A stretch of 59,328 nt of DNA, the filler included, from Bipalium vagum (Eukaryota), in assembly GCA_037834085.1 (NCBI GenBank). It is 3 parts of 3 records of this genome, joined end to end, with 100 filler letters (N's around TTAATTAATTAA, not from the genome) between each part and the next. Parts side by side here need not be neighbours in the genome. Positions count along the whole stretch, not along the records: positions 20,331 to 40,899 come from JBBMKC010250042.1; 2 more parts are not named here. One strand, 5' to 3'. The notes under the pieces were generated by a model. It saw only the letters and a list, made by a program, of their open reading frames with translations. It did no database searches and was not told the origin of the DNA. Shown here piece after piece: positions 29,168 to 40,899 of the stretch. The translations under genes were made by a program, and so were the position numbers. Positions within the stretch are counted from its first letter, which is position 1, and every line of letters begins with the position of its first letter.

Positions 29168-30654
29168 CTACATTCCAAAAATTATTGTAAATATCATTTT
29201 ATAATTTCAAATAAAAATAATAATTAAACCAAATATTCTTTAATTTAATCACTTAAAATATGATAAATAAAACTTATATTTATTTATTAATTAAAAACAA
29301 AGTTTTACAAAAATTATTTTATAAATCTAATAACACACGAACTTTAAATTTTTTTATTTATGTATACAAAGTTTCAGGTAGGACAAACAAGATATTTAAT
29401 GTTGTATGTAATATATTTTACTTTTAATTCTAAAATTCAATAACAATTTTTGAAAATCATTTTAATTTATTTTAAAATTTTTAAAATAAAATATATTATA
29501 TTGCTTCTGATATATTATCTCTAAATATTTTCAAATATAAAACTTAGAATAAAACTCATCTTACTTTGATTTTGATTGAATTTTTTTATTCACTTTAAAA
29601 ATTTTGTACATGACAATTTTTGATATCTTCAGACAATAAATGAACCAATTTCTTTAAAAATTAAAAACAAAATTCTAAATTCTTGGCAGTCTATTGAGGA
29701 CTCCAATGTCTTTAATACTGATCACGCGACTACGCAGTCGTAGACTAGTATTCTTAATTGGGAATGTCAATTCCATTTTTAAGCATCTACTGTAAAATCT
29801 TTCTATAATTGCGAACCCTTTTAATCTTGGCAATTCGACATTCGACATTGTCAAGATTAGACCATCAAAGATTAAAAAATATCTTATCATTATCATGATT
29901 CATTATTATAATTATTTTTTGTACTTTTAATTATATTATAATAATAATTATTATTATTATTTAATTAACATTTTTTTGAATTATTATTATATACTATTCC
30001 AGACCCTTTAGCAGTCTTTATAATTAATTTATTATTTTAATATTATTTTAGACCCTTCATCAACCTTACAATTCAAGGGTTAAAGAAATTTGTCTTTGAC
30101 CATACAAACAATATTAATTATCGTCATTCCTACTATATTAAAAAATCTTAACTGTGTTACTATTATACTTAGACGTTGTAACGTGTAGTCGTGTACTCGT
30201 AACTTCTCAATTTTATAAAATGTTGTGTCCGTCCCTCTCAACCTTATCTGAATCAAAGCACCCACAATAATACTGTATCTGCACCCTAAGAACTGAATCA
30301 AATCGTCCACAATAAAACTTTATTGATAAAAAACACAATCCCTAATATACTGATCACCACCTAAAGTCTCTAATAAGTCCAATAACTGAAAAATGTCACC
30401 AAAAATAAATAATGATAAAAATAATCAAAACTATTGCTATAATGAAAGAGATGAAAGAAATGATCACGAAAGAGAGTTTTAAAAAATAACACAGAAATAA
30501 ATAAATAAAACGATCTCACCAAGAGCGACAAGGGGTCCCCGGGTCGTCTTCTTGACCTTTCTCAGGTCGCCTAGGAGTTTCCAAGCTCGATGGGTCCCCT
30601 TGTAAAATCAGTTTGCATAATCGTGGTGTTGAGAAAAAATAATTACTGGAATCG

Positions 30655-30775
30655 TCCTCGGCCAATATCCTGGAACCGTCCTTGCGGAAATATCCTTAGA
30701 AATGTCTTTAGCAAAAAAAATATCCTTGGAAATGTCTTCGACAAAAAAATTAAAATATTCTTGATTGTCTTTCTG
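30655..30775. repeat. degenerate ~30-bp tandem repeat (core aatatccttRgaaatgtctt)
   Basis: Three to four imperfect copies seen. Confidence 0.7.
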
Positions 30776-31574
30776 GACGTATTTTCTAATCCATTTCTGG
30801 GAATAGCCGTCTCTTTATTTAGTCTTAGAGATTTGCCTACGATCACTAATTCCTACACTTAGAGACGGCTATTCTCCCTAATAGCCATTAACTCTATCTC
30901 CACGCCGAGATAGAGTCAGATCAATGCTAATGGAAACCTGCAGTCCACTCGAAAACGACTGTCAGAGAATATCTAATATTAGCTAATATGTCAAAATCCC
31001 AATGACGAGATTTTGACAAGGCTTTTAAGAAAATATTAAAAAAATTTCTCTGAAAAAAAAATTATTATTATTATTATTAATTAATAATTCTTATTATTTT
31101 TAATTCTTATAATAATAATAATAATTATTAATTCTTATAATTATTATTAATAATTCTAAAACCCAACAATACTCCAGATTTACAAAGATTCGAACCTCTG
31201 AATCTTTAATAATTAACAAATTTTTAACAAAATCACGATGTTTGTTATTAATTGTTTTGATCAAATCAATCCCGCTTCTCCCTCGATGTTCCAGAACATT
31301 GGTTTTTGGCTCTTGCTCATTCCAGTTCCATCTTCGGATACAATTTCAAAATCTATCTCTCTCTGTTATTTGCTAACGGTTGTATTTCTGTTAGCAGCTC
31401 CAAACTCGATAGCTTCTTTAACTTTCTTCTTGTATCTGTTCTACTCTCTCTTCTCCAGCACTTCATCATATGGCAACATGACACTTCTACTGGCATTATG
31501 ATTAATGGCTCCACAAGTTCCTGTGGCCATAATCCAATTGGTCATTCTCTCATCTGTCTCCCTTTCTAACTTTT

Positions 31575-31790
31575 GTTTTCTCCAAATAACCAATAACTCG
31601 TTTGTGTACTCTTCGGTTCTCCTCAACTGAACGTTTACCACTGCACACTTATAACTATAAATGACTTCCCCCACCATTCTTGAAAGACTTCTTGGTCTGG
31701 TTACAACATAGGCGCTACTAGCTCTGAGTTGCTGATTATCATGGTACATTTCTCTCATTGAATACTGAATATGGTATACGAAATCAGATT
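31575..31790 (-). pseudogene. fragment of chuvirus-like (class III) viral fusion glycoprotein
   Basis: SDFVYHIQYSMREMYHD and AYVV...VGEVIYSYKCAVVNVQLRRTEEYTNELLV resemble recalled chuvirus G blocks in the same order. Confidence 0.6.
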
Positions 31791-32715
31791 CCTTGCTGAC
31801 GCGGTGTGTTTGGATCCTTCCTTGGTCTTCCAACAGGATTATTTCCTGGTCTTGCTTGTTGTGGCCTGGATTGTTCTGGCTCTATGATTTCTGTTGATAA
31901 TTCGCCAGTCTGAACCTCTTCCCTTGATTGTTCTAGTGTGGATATTCCTCTGGCTCCTCTAATATCTTCGTCGGATATTTCATCCAAAATTACTGAATCT
32001 GGATCACCCACTTCGGCCCTTAATAATTCGGTAGTGTTCTGCATTGTTTGAAGTAATTCTCTATTTATTAGCCCGTCAAGTTCAACAGCTCATCGTAACC
32101 GCTTCTTGCAAGTCTTGGCAGTTCAAAATGATCTACTTGCACTGCCAATAATATTGTTTCTTCAACCGCATTACACCCATAATCTATTAGATACTCATCA
32201 TCATCCAACTGATAAATGCTCCAAAATATTGCAATAATCCATTTTTGACCCATCGTCTGAATTGCTCTTTCCCTTACTGTTCTCACTCTGGCACAATAGT
32301 GCAAACTGAACTCTTGGTCCATCCATCCAAGCATTTTCAGTCTGATTTTAATCGGTCTGTGATCTACCCCTCTCAGCCGCATGGATCTTCCGTACCTTCT
32401 TACTAGAGCTCCAAATTCTGTTATTCGGGGCTTCATTAACTTTACTATTTCAGGATTTTCTTGGTCTATATCTACCAATGCCATATAAAAAATTACCGTT
32501 TGTATCCACTCTTTCTTCCAAAGAATCCTTCCTTGATAACACTCTGATTTCATTGTTTTGCGATCTCACCACGGATACTTTTTCATATCCAGTTACTCTG
32601 GCCAATTGGCTTCTGAGTTCATCATTTTCTATTCTCAACCTTTCCGTTTCATCTTCATCCTTCACATCTCGTAGAGCATTTACTTTTGCATTTCCAAATG
32701 CCAATCTTTTAACAA

Positions 32716-32867
32716 TAAGGACTTCGTGCCATTCAACTTAAATGGATCGGTAATCTCCTCACCATCCGAGCTTCATCATATCCCAATGCTTCGGCTACCT
32801 GTCTGTACTCGGCCATAAAATCCGCGACCTCCGTTGGTTCTCCACTAAACACTCTCACCGGTAATTT
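32716..32867 (-). pseudogene. gag: retrotransposon Gag capsid N-terminal fragment
   Basis: KLPVRVFSGEPTEVADFMAEYRQVAEALGYDEARMVRRLPIHLS*MARSPY fits F.G...F...A.......L.G.A; the Gly position is TGA at 32733-32735. Confidence 0.8.
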
Positions 32868-34479
32868 TCATAATCCGTGACTTCTATTCTTTTTGTTTCC
32901 TCTGAAATAATTCTTATTATTCTTATTCTTATTATTAATTCTTATAATTATTATTCATAAATATAAAACCCAACACCTGAATAGCGTTATGTTCATATAA
33001 TTACTTCAGAGACCACTTACTGAGCTAATTGTCTTAAGCTATACTGGGTTTTAGGTGATTAGCTTGAGTGCTGATTTCGTTATAGGTCACTAAAGTAAAT
33101 TAACCTCTGATCCCTAAAAGCTGATAATTAATTTATTATTACTTTTAGCTTATTTCTTAATACTTTATGATCTCAATCTATCATTTATTTTTATTTAAAA
33201 TTAATTTTACTTGTTTCTTTTAGTACTTTATTTATTACGAAAATCAATTAGATATTACTTAGATTAAATATACATTTATTCATTCACATAATTCCTAAAG
33301 ATTACATAAAATAAAAAATTTTTAGATCACTGAAATAATGAAATTCACTTGTTACCTGAAAACTAAAATTATTAAAATAATTACGTAAGTTAAATAAATT
33401 CACAAATTAAGTTCAAATGTAAGCAAATGAAAGAGTAAATGTCTTTTTTCTGGAGAACTCTCTACATCAACATCTTGACATGATTTCCACACTGTTAATA
33501 AGGTAGTATTTTAGATAACTAAAATCCCACAGTGACAAACACCGAATAAATGACAGACACAATCATCCTGGCACAGCTCCAACTACGGTGACGACGACGA
33601 CACAGCCACTGCCGTCGCATAGAAATAACATCAGTCATAGAATGACAACAGTATAGGCATTCAAACAGCAAGGTCAATAGCAGTAACACTCTTATTTGAT
33701 TAATAATTAAAATCATGAGGGAGAAATATTCCAGGTTGGTTCTTGATAGAAGAAAAGAAAATTCAGCTAAAGAAAATAAAAGATCTAAAACTAGAAAAAG
33801 TTTATACTCAAAATAAATTCACAGGTGATTTTTCATTAAAATTTTTGTTTGGATATTTATAATGTTATAATATAATTATTTATATGTAATTAATTTTTAC
33901 TAGAAGAATAGGTATTGATAAAGCTATATTTTATGAAACAAATGTAAATGAAAAAATAAAAGTAATTGATATAAAATAATTTATTTCAGAATTTAAAATA
34001 AATACAAAATCAGAATTAAAATAATTAAAGAGAATTGAGAACCTATAAAAACAAATTTGTGAAGAAAAATTTTTAATAGAAGGTAAAACACAAACCTAAC
34101 AATTATTAAATATTCCTAATAAACTAATTTATATTTTTATCGCTTTTAAAGAAACATATTTTGATTATTCAAGATAAAATAAAATGTTGAAGAGTTGAAG
34201 TTAATGATTCTAATTATCCCCTAAATTCTAAATAATTTGTAAAATTTGTTTTATTGATATATATACTAAAACAAGATTATTGTGCTTAAAATAGTTCATG
34301 TAAAGAATGTGAAAAGAGATATAATAAAATAAGAAATCCTATATATTACCAAATTTATAAAGAAAAAAGAATTTTGTCTAAAATAATCCTAATCATCAAT
34401 TTAAAAAAATTATTCAAAAAATTATTTAAAGGATTATTTTTTATTTTTTGAATTTAATTTTGATAAAAATATGAATTGA

Positions 34480-35120
34480 GAAAACCAAAGAAAATATTGG
34501 CACATTTGTTAAGTTCCTAAAAATGTAAGTTGATTAACTAAAATGTTTGGGTTGAGAAAATAGATTTAGGGACTTTATGCAACAACAAAAATAAATGATC
34601 AGAAGGAATTACAGTTGAACGCTCAGAGCACACTTATCAAACTTTATTATCACAATGTAAAATTGAATCTATTTAAATATGAGTTGAGAGAACACTTTTA
34701 CTTTTATTATATATAAAGAAGATTCTTGCATTTTGCGCCATTGATACTGATTCGCAATATAGATTTTTGGAAAAGAATAGAATCACAAAATGTTATTGCA
34801 ATTAAATTACAAAATGTTACAATTAAAGAATGAGCTGAAGTGTATTCAGGTCAATGGCCTCCATACGATAATATCGTATATGAATACTTAAAAATAAGGA
34901 AGATTTTAAACATGATTCTGTAAACCATTCTAAGAACGTCTTTAATCTAGAATCTGGAGTTCTTACAAATCTGATAGAAAATTTATTGTTGTTCTTAAAA
35001 CAAACTTTAAAAAGAAATGCCGAAGAACTGTTTAGATAAGTATAACGATGAATTTGTATTAAGAAGTCGATGTAGGGAAGAATCTAAAGAAGAGATTATG
35101 AAACTTATAATGCAAGCCAT
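34480..35120 (+). mobile_element. Merlin transposase relic
   Basis: AEVYSGQWPPY, HDSVNHSKNVFNLESGVLTNLIENL and LDKYNDEFVLR match SD.W..Y, H..VNHS.....GVHTN.IE and Y..EF..R. Confidence 0.75.
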
Positions 35121-35283
35121 AATCATTACTAACAAAATAATTTAATTTTCTTTTATTTATATTTAGTTCACTGTAAAAAGGATTTAATTTTTAAAATTCT
35201 AATTTTAATTAGACTTTGATTAAAAATTTATTAATAACTATTTGCATTGGACTGATGCTTATTTAATACATCTTAGCAATATA

Positions 35284-35780
35284 CAGGGTTCATCCGATAA
35301 ATTGGCAACAAAATGTTGTTTTTGTAAAAAAATAAAAATATTGTTATACCAAACAAATAATATGTAAATAAGAAATTTCCTTTAGCAGCAAAAATTGGTT
35401 CAACTCGACTTCAAGATATGTAGCAAGCCCTAACTAGGTTAATCTTATCTAGTGACTAAAATACTTTGTCAATCTTTACTTTTAAAGAGATAATAGTCGA
35501 GTGAGGCTCATTATTAACATTTCTTTCGAAAACGCTTCACACATAATAATCTAAATAATTAATGTCCGTTGAGCTATGAGACCACAAATTCTTTGGCCAT
35601 AACTCAGGAAAATTAGTCCGGATAAAATCTTGAACCTTTTTGGCGTTATGTGCGGTGCATCGTCTTCTTGATATATATTGACAATTCAATGACGTCCATT
35701 GGCCAATTTCTTCATCCATGCACAAAGATATATCTCCAAACATCCAAGTATAAATCCAAGACCATGACTGTAGCCGGAAA
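35284..35780 (-). mobile_element. maT/DD37D-type fragment
   Basis: AHNAKKVQDF...LWPKNLWSHSSTDINYLDYYV; TIR TA-cagggttcatcc. Confidence 0.75.
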
Positions 35781-36319
35781 TATATACATTAAACAAGCAC
35801 TCATAAAAATGCTTTTTTTCAAATTAATTAAGTAATAATTATCCTATTTTAAAAACTAAAAAGGAATTAGTTTAATTATGAAAAAATTGGAAGAGAGCTT
35901 CAAAAACCAATCAAAATATATTTTTATAGAAATAAAAGTTATTGTTAATTTTTCATTATGAATTTAAATTAGGAAAATGATGATAATTTGCAATCACAAC
36001 AATCATAATTTTCTGAGAAACATTAACAGTCAAAACCTTGTAAAAGTGAGCTTTGGCATTAGTTAACACACTTAATCAAAATTAATTAAAAATAATAAGT
36101 TCATAAAAATATTTGATTTTTTTTATTCTTTTGGGAACATTTAGTTTAAACTAATTCACTTCTATAAAAAATAAAAATAAAGTATTAATATTGATGGAAA
36201 AATATATTTCTCTAATATAAAACAATAATTAAAAATGTTTGCTAAAATGATATGCATGAATTGAACTTTTCTATTCCTTATAAGCTATTTCTCGTGTCAA
36301 AATTTGTTCTAAAGGTGAT

Positions 36320-36536
36320 CTAAAACACAGAATCATTATTCACTGTAATAACATGATTTGGATCATGCATTCGATTAATACTTTGCCTTCGCATGGACAA
36401 GCTTGCTCTTACGTCCACATTGGAAGGCAGTCTACCGGTGACAATAGAATTTCTGACTTGCATCATTTTCTGGTATTCGGAAATGGGTGCCGGTTCAGCT
36501 GGTTCTGAATTGACATAAATCATTTTAATAAGAAAA
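36320..36536 (-). CDS. probable terminal exon, possibly of the Shaw channel
   Basis: Acceptor TTTTCATAG|, open non-TE frame ending in a stop; phase does not directly match the 37018 donor. Confidence 0.45.
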
Positions 36537-37017
36537 CTATGAAAAGTAAATTTTTTTATTATATCTCGTTTTAGATCAATTTGTCTAAAATATTAAAGAA
36601 CTTCATATTACTACTTTCTCGAAGAATGATTATAGAAAGATTAAAAATCTTATTTGGTTCTCTCAAAAGTAATCGGGGTTTTATAAAAAGAATATTTACA
36701 GATTATTTAAACAGCAGACATCACTGATTTTCACCGTTTTATCCCATTTAAAAAATAAATTTCTTTTATGGAAATATTATCAAGCTTATAAGGACCAATT
36801 CTCTCTTGACTAATAAATATTTCATTGAATTGCAAATGTGGTGAGAAAAAATGTGTAAGAAGGTGTAATTGAAAAATATTTTTAACTGTCCAATTTAAAA
36901 TGACGATGAAAGTATATTAAAATCTGAGAAAAGAGAGATATCAAAATTCTTTATTATTAAAGGATTTAAAATTTCATTTTGGTAATCTGAATTCCCATAT
37001 ATATATATATTAATTAC

Positions 37018-37299
37018 TTGCTGGTTCAATATTTGATCTTTTAGGTGCTTCGTAATCATTAACCTCAGACTTTTCGTGTTTATCGTGTTTGTTTAATTTC
37101 TGAGATCCATTGGGTTGTTTTGGGCCTTTTCCTTTCGGTCTTACAGATTCAGTCGGTAACACTTTTCTTCTCTCTTTTGGCAGTTTCGATCTTGCCTGAG
37201 TGTGAGAATAAAATGTTGAGAAATTGTTCACAATAACTGGAACGGGTAACGAAACAGTGAGCACACCGACTACTGCGCATAGGGCTCCCACAATCATTC
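37018..37299 (-). CDS. Shaw: voltage-gated K+ channel Shaw/Kv3, S6 and proximal C-terminus exon
   Basis: [48 protein letters not shown]; acceptor TTCAG|, probable donor |GTAATT. Confidence 0.92.
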
Positions 37300-37659
37300 C
37301 TGAATGAATATGTTTTTTAAAAAAGTTAACAATTAATTTTTTAAAAAAATCTTAATTTTTAAATGTTAGCTACGCATTATATTTATTTAATATAATTATA
37401 TCATCTTCATCGTTAAGTATTATGATTTTTCCTAGACGTTTCCAATAAATGTTTAGTACTCTATAGCCTTTCTTATTCATCTAAGAAATGTTATCATTTA
37501 ATATTTATAATTAGTGATTGTTTTATTAAAGTAATTAAAGAAATTTTTTATCGTAGATTTTAAATATCCGAAACATATTTTACGATTTTTTTTATGGTGG
37601 TACTTTTATTTCTTTTAGATTATTGATGACAAATTTGCTCTCAGTAAATTGGTTCCCTT

Positions 37660-38240
37660 GTTATAAAGGCTTTAGTCCAAAAACAACAACAGATGAAATT
37701 TGTGCTCGTCAGCTTAAAAACTGTAAAGAACTGGTTCAAAAGATTCAATAATAGAAACACAAACCTCGATGATCAATCACAGTTTGAGCTAACTACAATT
37801 GTGGATTCCTACGTCGTATGCCAGGCTAATCCAAGCGCATGTATATGCAGATTATCTGTAAATCTTCCTAAGTCAAATGCAACCATACAACGAAATCTGT
37901 AGAGCTTAGGAAATTCCTTTATCAACTGGTGCAAGCAACTGCTGGACGGCCAAGACCGCAAGTCAGACATACAGTTGCTTTTGATCAAAACTGGATATTC
38001 TTCCGTAGTCCAGTTACAAAAAATCACTGATTAGTGATGGCTGCCTCACCAAAATCTGTGGTCAAACAAGGAATGTTTTGAATAAAAGGTCCTGCTGTTT
38101 ATATTTGTTGGAGTTTAGAGGGTATCCTTCACTTTGAGCTAGTTCCAGATGGACTTGCTATAGACGACAACCTTTATTCAGAGCAACAAGAAAGAATAAA
38201 TGAAGTTCTGTCCCAAAAGAACCAAGCTCTTATATAATCT
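37660..38240 (+). mobile_element. decayed mariner fragment
   Basis: TVKNWFKRFN..TNLDDQ; WSLEGILHFELVP. Confidence 0.75.
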
Positions 38241-38727
38241 TAATTTGTATTTTGAAGATTAATTTTATTTCTTATTATAATAAAAGATTTGTCCTTTTAA
38301 TAACAGAGATTAAAGTCTTATGTAACTCTCTAGTAAGTCTTTTATGATTTAAGTAAATTCAATAATCAAAATAGAAATAGATTTCAAGGTTTTTAAAAGA
38401 ATTTTTTTAGAGCATAAGGAAAATATTTCATGCGATCCGTGAACTTTATTGTAAATATACAAGATCTAGTTTCTCACAAAGAAACTTTCTAAACAGTAAT
38501 ATAGTATGGACAAAATTAAGAATTCCTCATTTTTTCTCTTTCACAATTTTTATCGAATAGAACTTGGTGATCAAATTGATTTTTCCAAAGAATATCGCTT
38601 GGTATATTTGTGGAAGTAGATCAAAAAGGGTCTTCTGAAAATAAACTTGATCAGCAAAATCATAAAAGAATTTTAAGGAATTGAATAGAAATATATTTAA
38701 TTAATATCAGTACTAGTGTTACATAGT

Positions 38728-38805
38728 ACAATGGAGTTCGGCTAATTCGGATCAACTGCACCGTAAGGTTTGTTCCGGATTACGCAATATCTGGATAAGT
38801 CAAAA
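38728..38805. mobile_element. pogo/Tigger-like terminal remnant
   Basis: TA-caatggagttcggctaattcgga followed by ccggatta/ctggataa subrepeats. Confidence 0.4.
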
Positions 38806-39997
38806 CATAATATAAATTACACAATAACCAAATATTATTTAATAAAATTCTAAATTCTGTCCAATTATGATGTAATTTTCAATTGATTCGATTGATTAGT
38901 AATTTCCTCTCTACCTCCATTAAGTTATCGGGCAGAAATATTATTTTTAAATGTTAGCAAAACTTCCTTATTTGATTGATTTTTCTAAAAATTTTATTAA
39001 TTGACATTATTGTTGTCATTATCATGACTGATTCATGATTCAATAAAAATGGTAAAAATTTCAGAGACAGTAACACCTGGACTTGTAATAATACCAAAGT
39101 TAACATTTACAAAATCACAATTAATAATTAAAACTTAGTAAATTGACTAAGCGACGAATACGTACGTTTAATATAATCATTATAACAAAATAATAGTGAA
39201 ATATGGATGAAAAATTACAAGAAATTTAAACTGTATTTAATCAGAAAAAAATATCTAAAATAAATCTTAGCTTCATTTAAATGTCATAAGTCAAGATTTT
39301 TGTTCCTTTACAATAGTTATTGTAGCAGTTTAATTTAAGTATCTGGGATATTAATATTTTGTTCCGTACAACCACGGGTATAAAAATATAATTTTAATGA
39401 CAAAATATTAGCAAGAAATATATGGCGACATTGAGTGTGAGTAAAGGCTAATAAGTAATCCAAACCAGACCTAGTTATATAACATTATAACATAATTATT
39501 CATATCAATTATGATAAGTGCATTTTAAAATTATAGATTTATGACGACGTTTACCCATTAAATTTAAAAATATTTTTAATTTTTTTCAAAGAAGAAATTA
39601 TGGAAAAATGTGTATTTAATATATAAAGTTTTTCGTAAAGATTGTAGCACAAGTCATTACCAAAAATTCTGAAATTTTACCAATAAATAAATATATTTTA
39701 ATTAATTAAACAAAAATCGTTACAATAAAAGTAAATTTTTAAAATTTCATGAAAAATAATTTTGTGAAAGAGGTAATACAAATAGGGATTCTCTCTGTGA
39801 TATTTTATTTTACCAAAAGTTTAAAATGTTTATCATTCTTTTGTTAAACTATTTTATTTTTTTATTATCATAAAAAAATTAAATTAGAAAAGAAATTAAG
39901 TTTGTAAAATTGTTAGGTTTAAAAAAATCTAAAAATATTTCAGAAACTATTAATATTTTTTAAAATAAACGTGTTAGTTTATTGCAAGAATATTATA

Positions 39998-40480
39998 CAG
40001 GATGCGTCAGCTAGTTGAGGACAAAATTGATATTAAAAGTAAGTAATATTTTTAATGAAAATAATGTATATTTTTAAGCAATATTAGAAACTTTATTTGT
40101 TTTAAGAACACAAGCTTTTTTATTCAATAAAATCGTCTTCAGTGTCAATTACAGCTTCAAGACGGCTTCTGAAAAGCTTACAAGCGTATGATCAAATGGT
40201 TTTTGTTCATATTTATCATAGCACGTATAGAAGCCCGTAATGAATCTTTGGTATCATGAAGATGTTTTTCGCTCCTTCTCTAAGACGCCCCATACGAAAT
40301 AGTCTAAAGGATTTAAAGCGGGCGAGCTAGGTGGCCATAAGTTTGGAGTGACATATTCGTTAAATTTAGCCATAGTCATTTTGTGTTTTTAATGCTGTAT
40401 GACAGGGAGCTGAGTCTTGTTTGAACACAAAAGGCCTGCTGTGGGCAACGTTTTCACATTTTCCTTTTTTCATTTCATGT
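39998..40480 (-). mobile_element. maT/DD37D-type fragment
   Basis: Minus strand WPPSSPALNPLDYFVWGVLE and FRSRLEAVIDTEDDFIE; TA-cagg terminus. Confidence 0.85.
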
Positions 40481-40899
40481 GTTAATTCAAAAGTTATCTC
40501 TTCCATTTCTAAATTACAAAATAATTATTTAATGTTGTATCTGCTGGGATCCATAGAAAAAGAGGTCCTAGAACCCATCAATTCAAACCCAAAGTCCACA
40601 AAGGAACCGGAGCCGCTACAGCCAGAACAAGAGCTTATGGAGAATGATTCTCCAAAGCTCATAATTGACACTTAATAAACATTTGAATTGTGAAAATTTG
40701 CATGAAAAAGCCTTGTTAGGCTTACTTTCTCTTACATTATGATTCTTTTCATGTGCTATTTTATATTTTATTTAATAATTTATAAAAAATAATAATATTT
40801 AAATTATACATTCGTTTTTGATTAATATAAATAAATAAAATAATAATAATAATAATATAAATTGTGGGTTGAAGTTAATTAAAACTTAACCCACAAAAT

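Larger units (their letters stand above)
29675..33720 (-). mobile_element. collapsed Ty3/gypsy-like LTR retroelement relic with env-like fragment (boundaries approximate)
   Basis: Gag motif at 32716-32867, decayed ORFs 31250-32700, repeat- and hairpin-rich non-coding flank; no RT or integrase core and no LTR pair identified. Confidence 0.65.

Noticed and set aside
30655-30775. CRISPR-like repeat-spacer array
   Set aside because: Degenerate repeats, very short A-rich spacers, eukaryotic context and no cas genes
30500-30970. Hammerhead or HDV ribozyme
   Set aside because: No CUGANGA/GAAA core in correct stem context and no nested pseudoknot recognised by eye
29675-33720. Intact LTR pair, PBS and PPT
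   Set aside because: No long direct repeat or tRNA-complementary site found, so the boundaries stay approximate
40421-40675. 84-aa ORF with acidic tail as a Shaw exon
   Set aside because: Wrong strand, overlaps a transposon and lacks channel motifs
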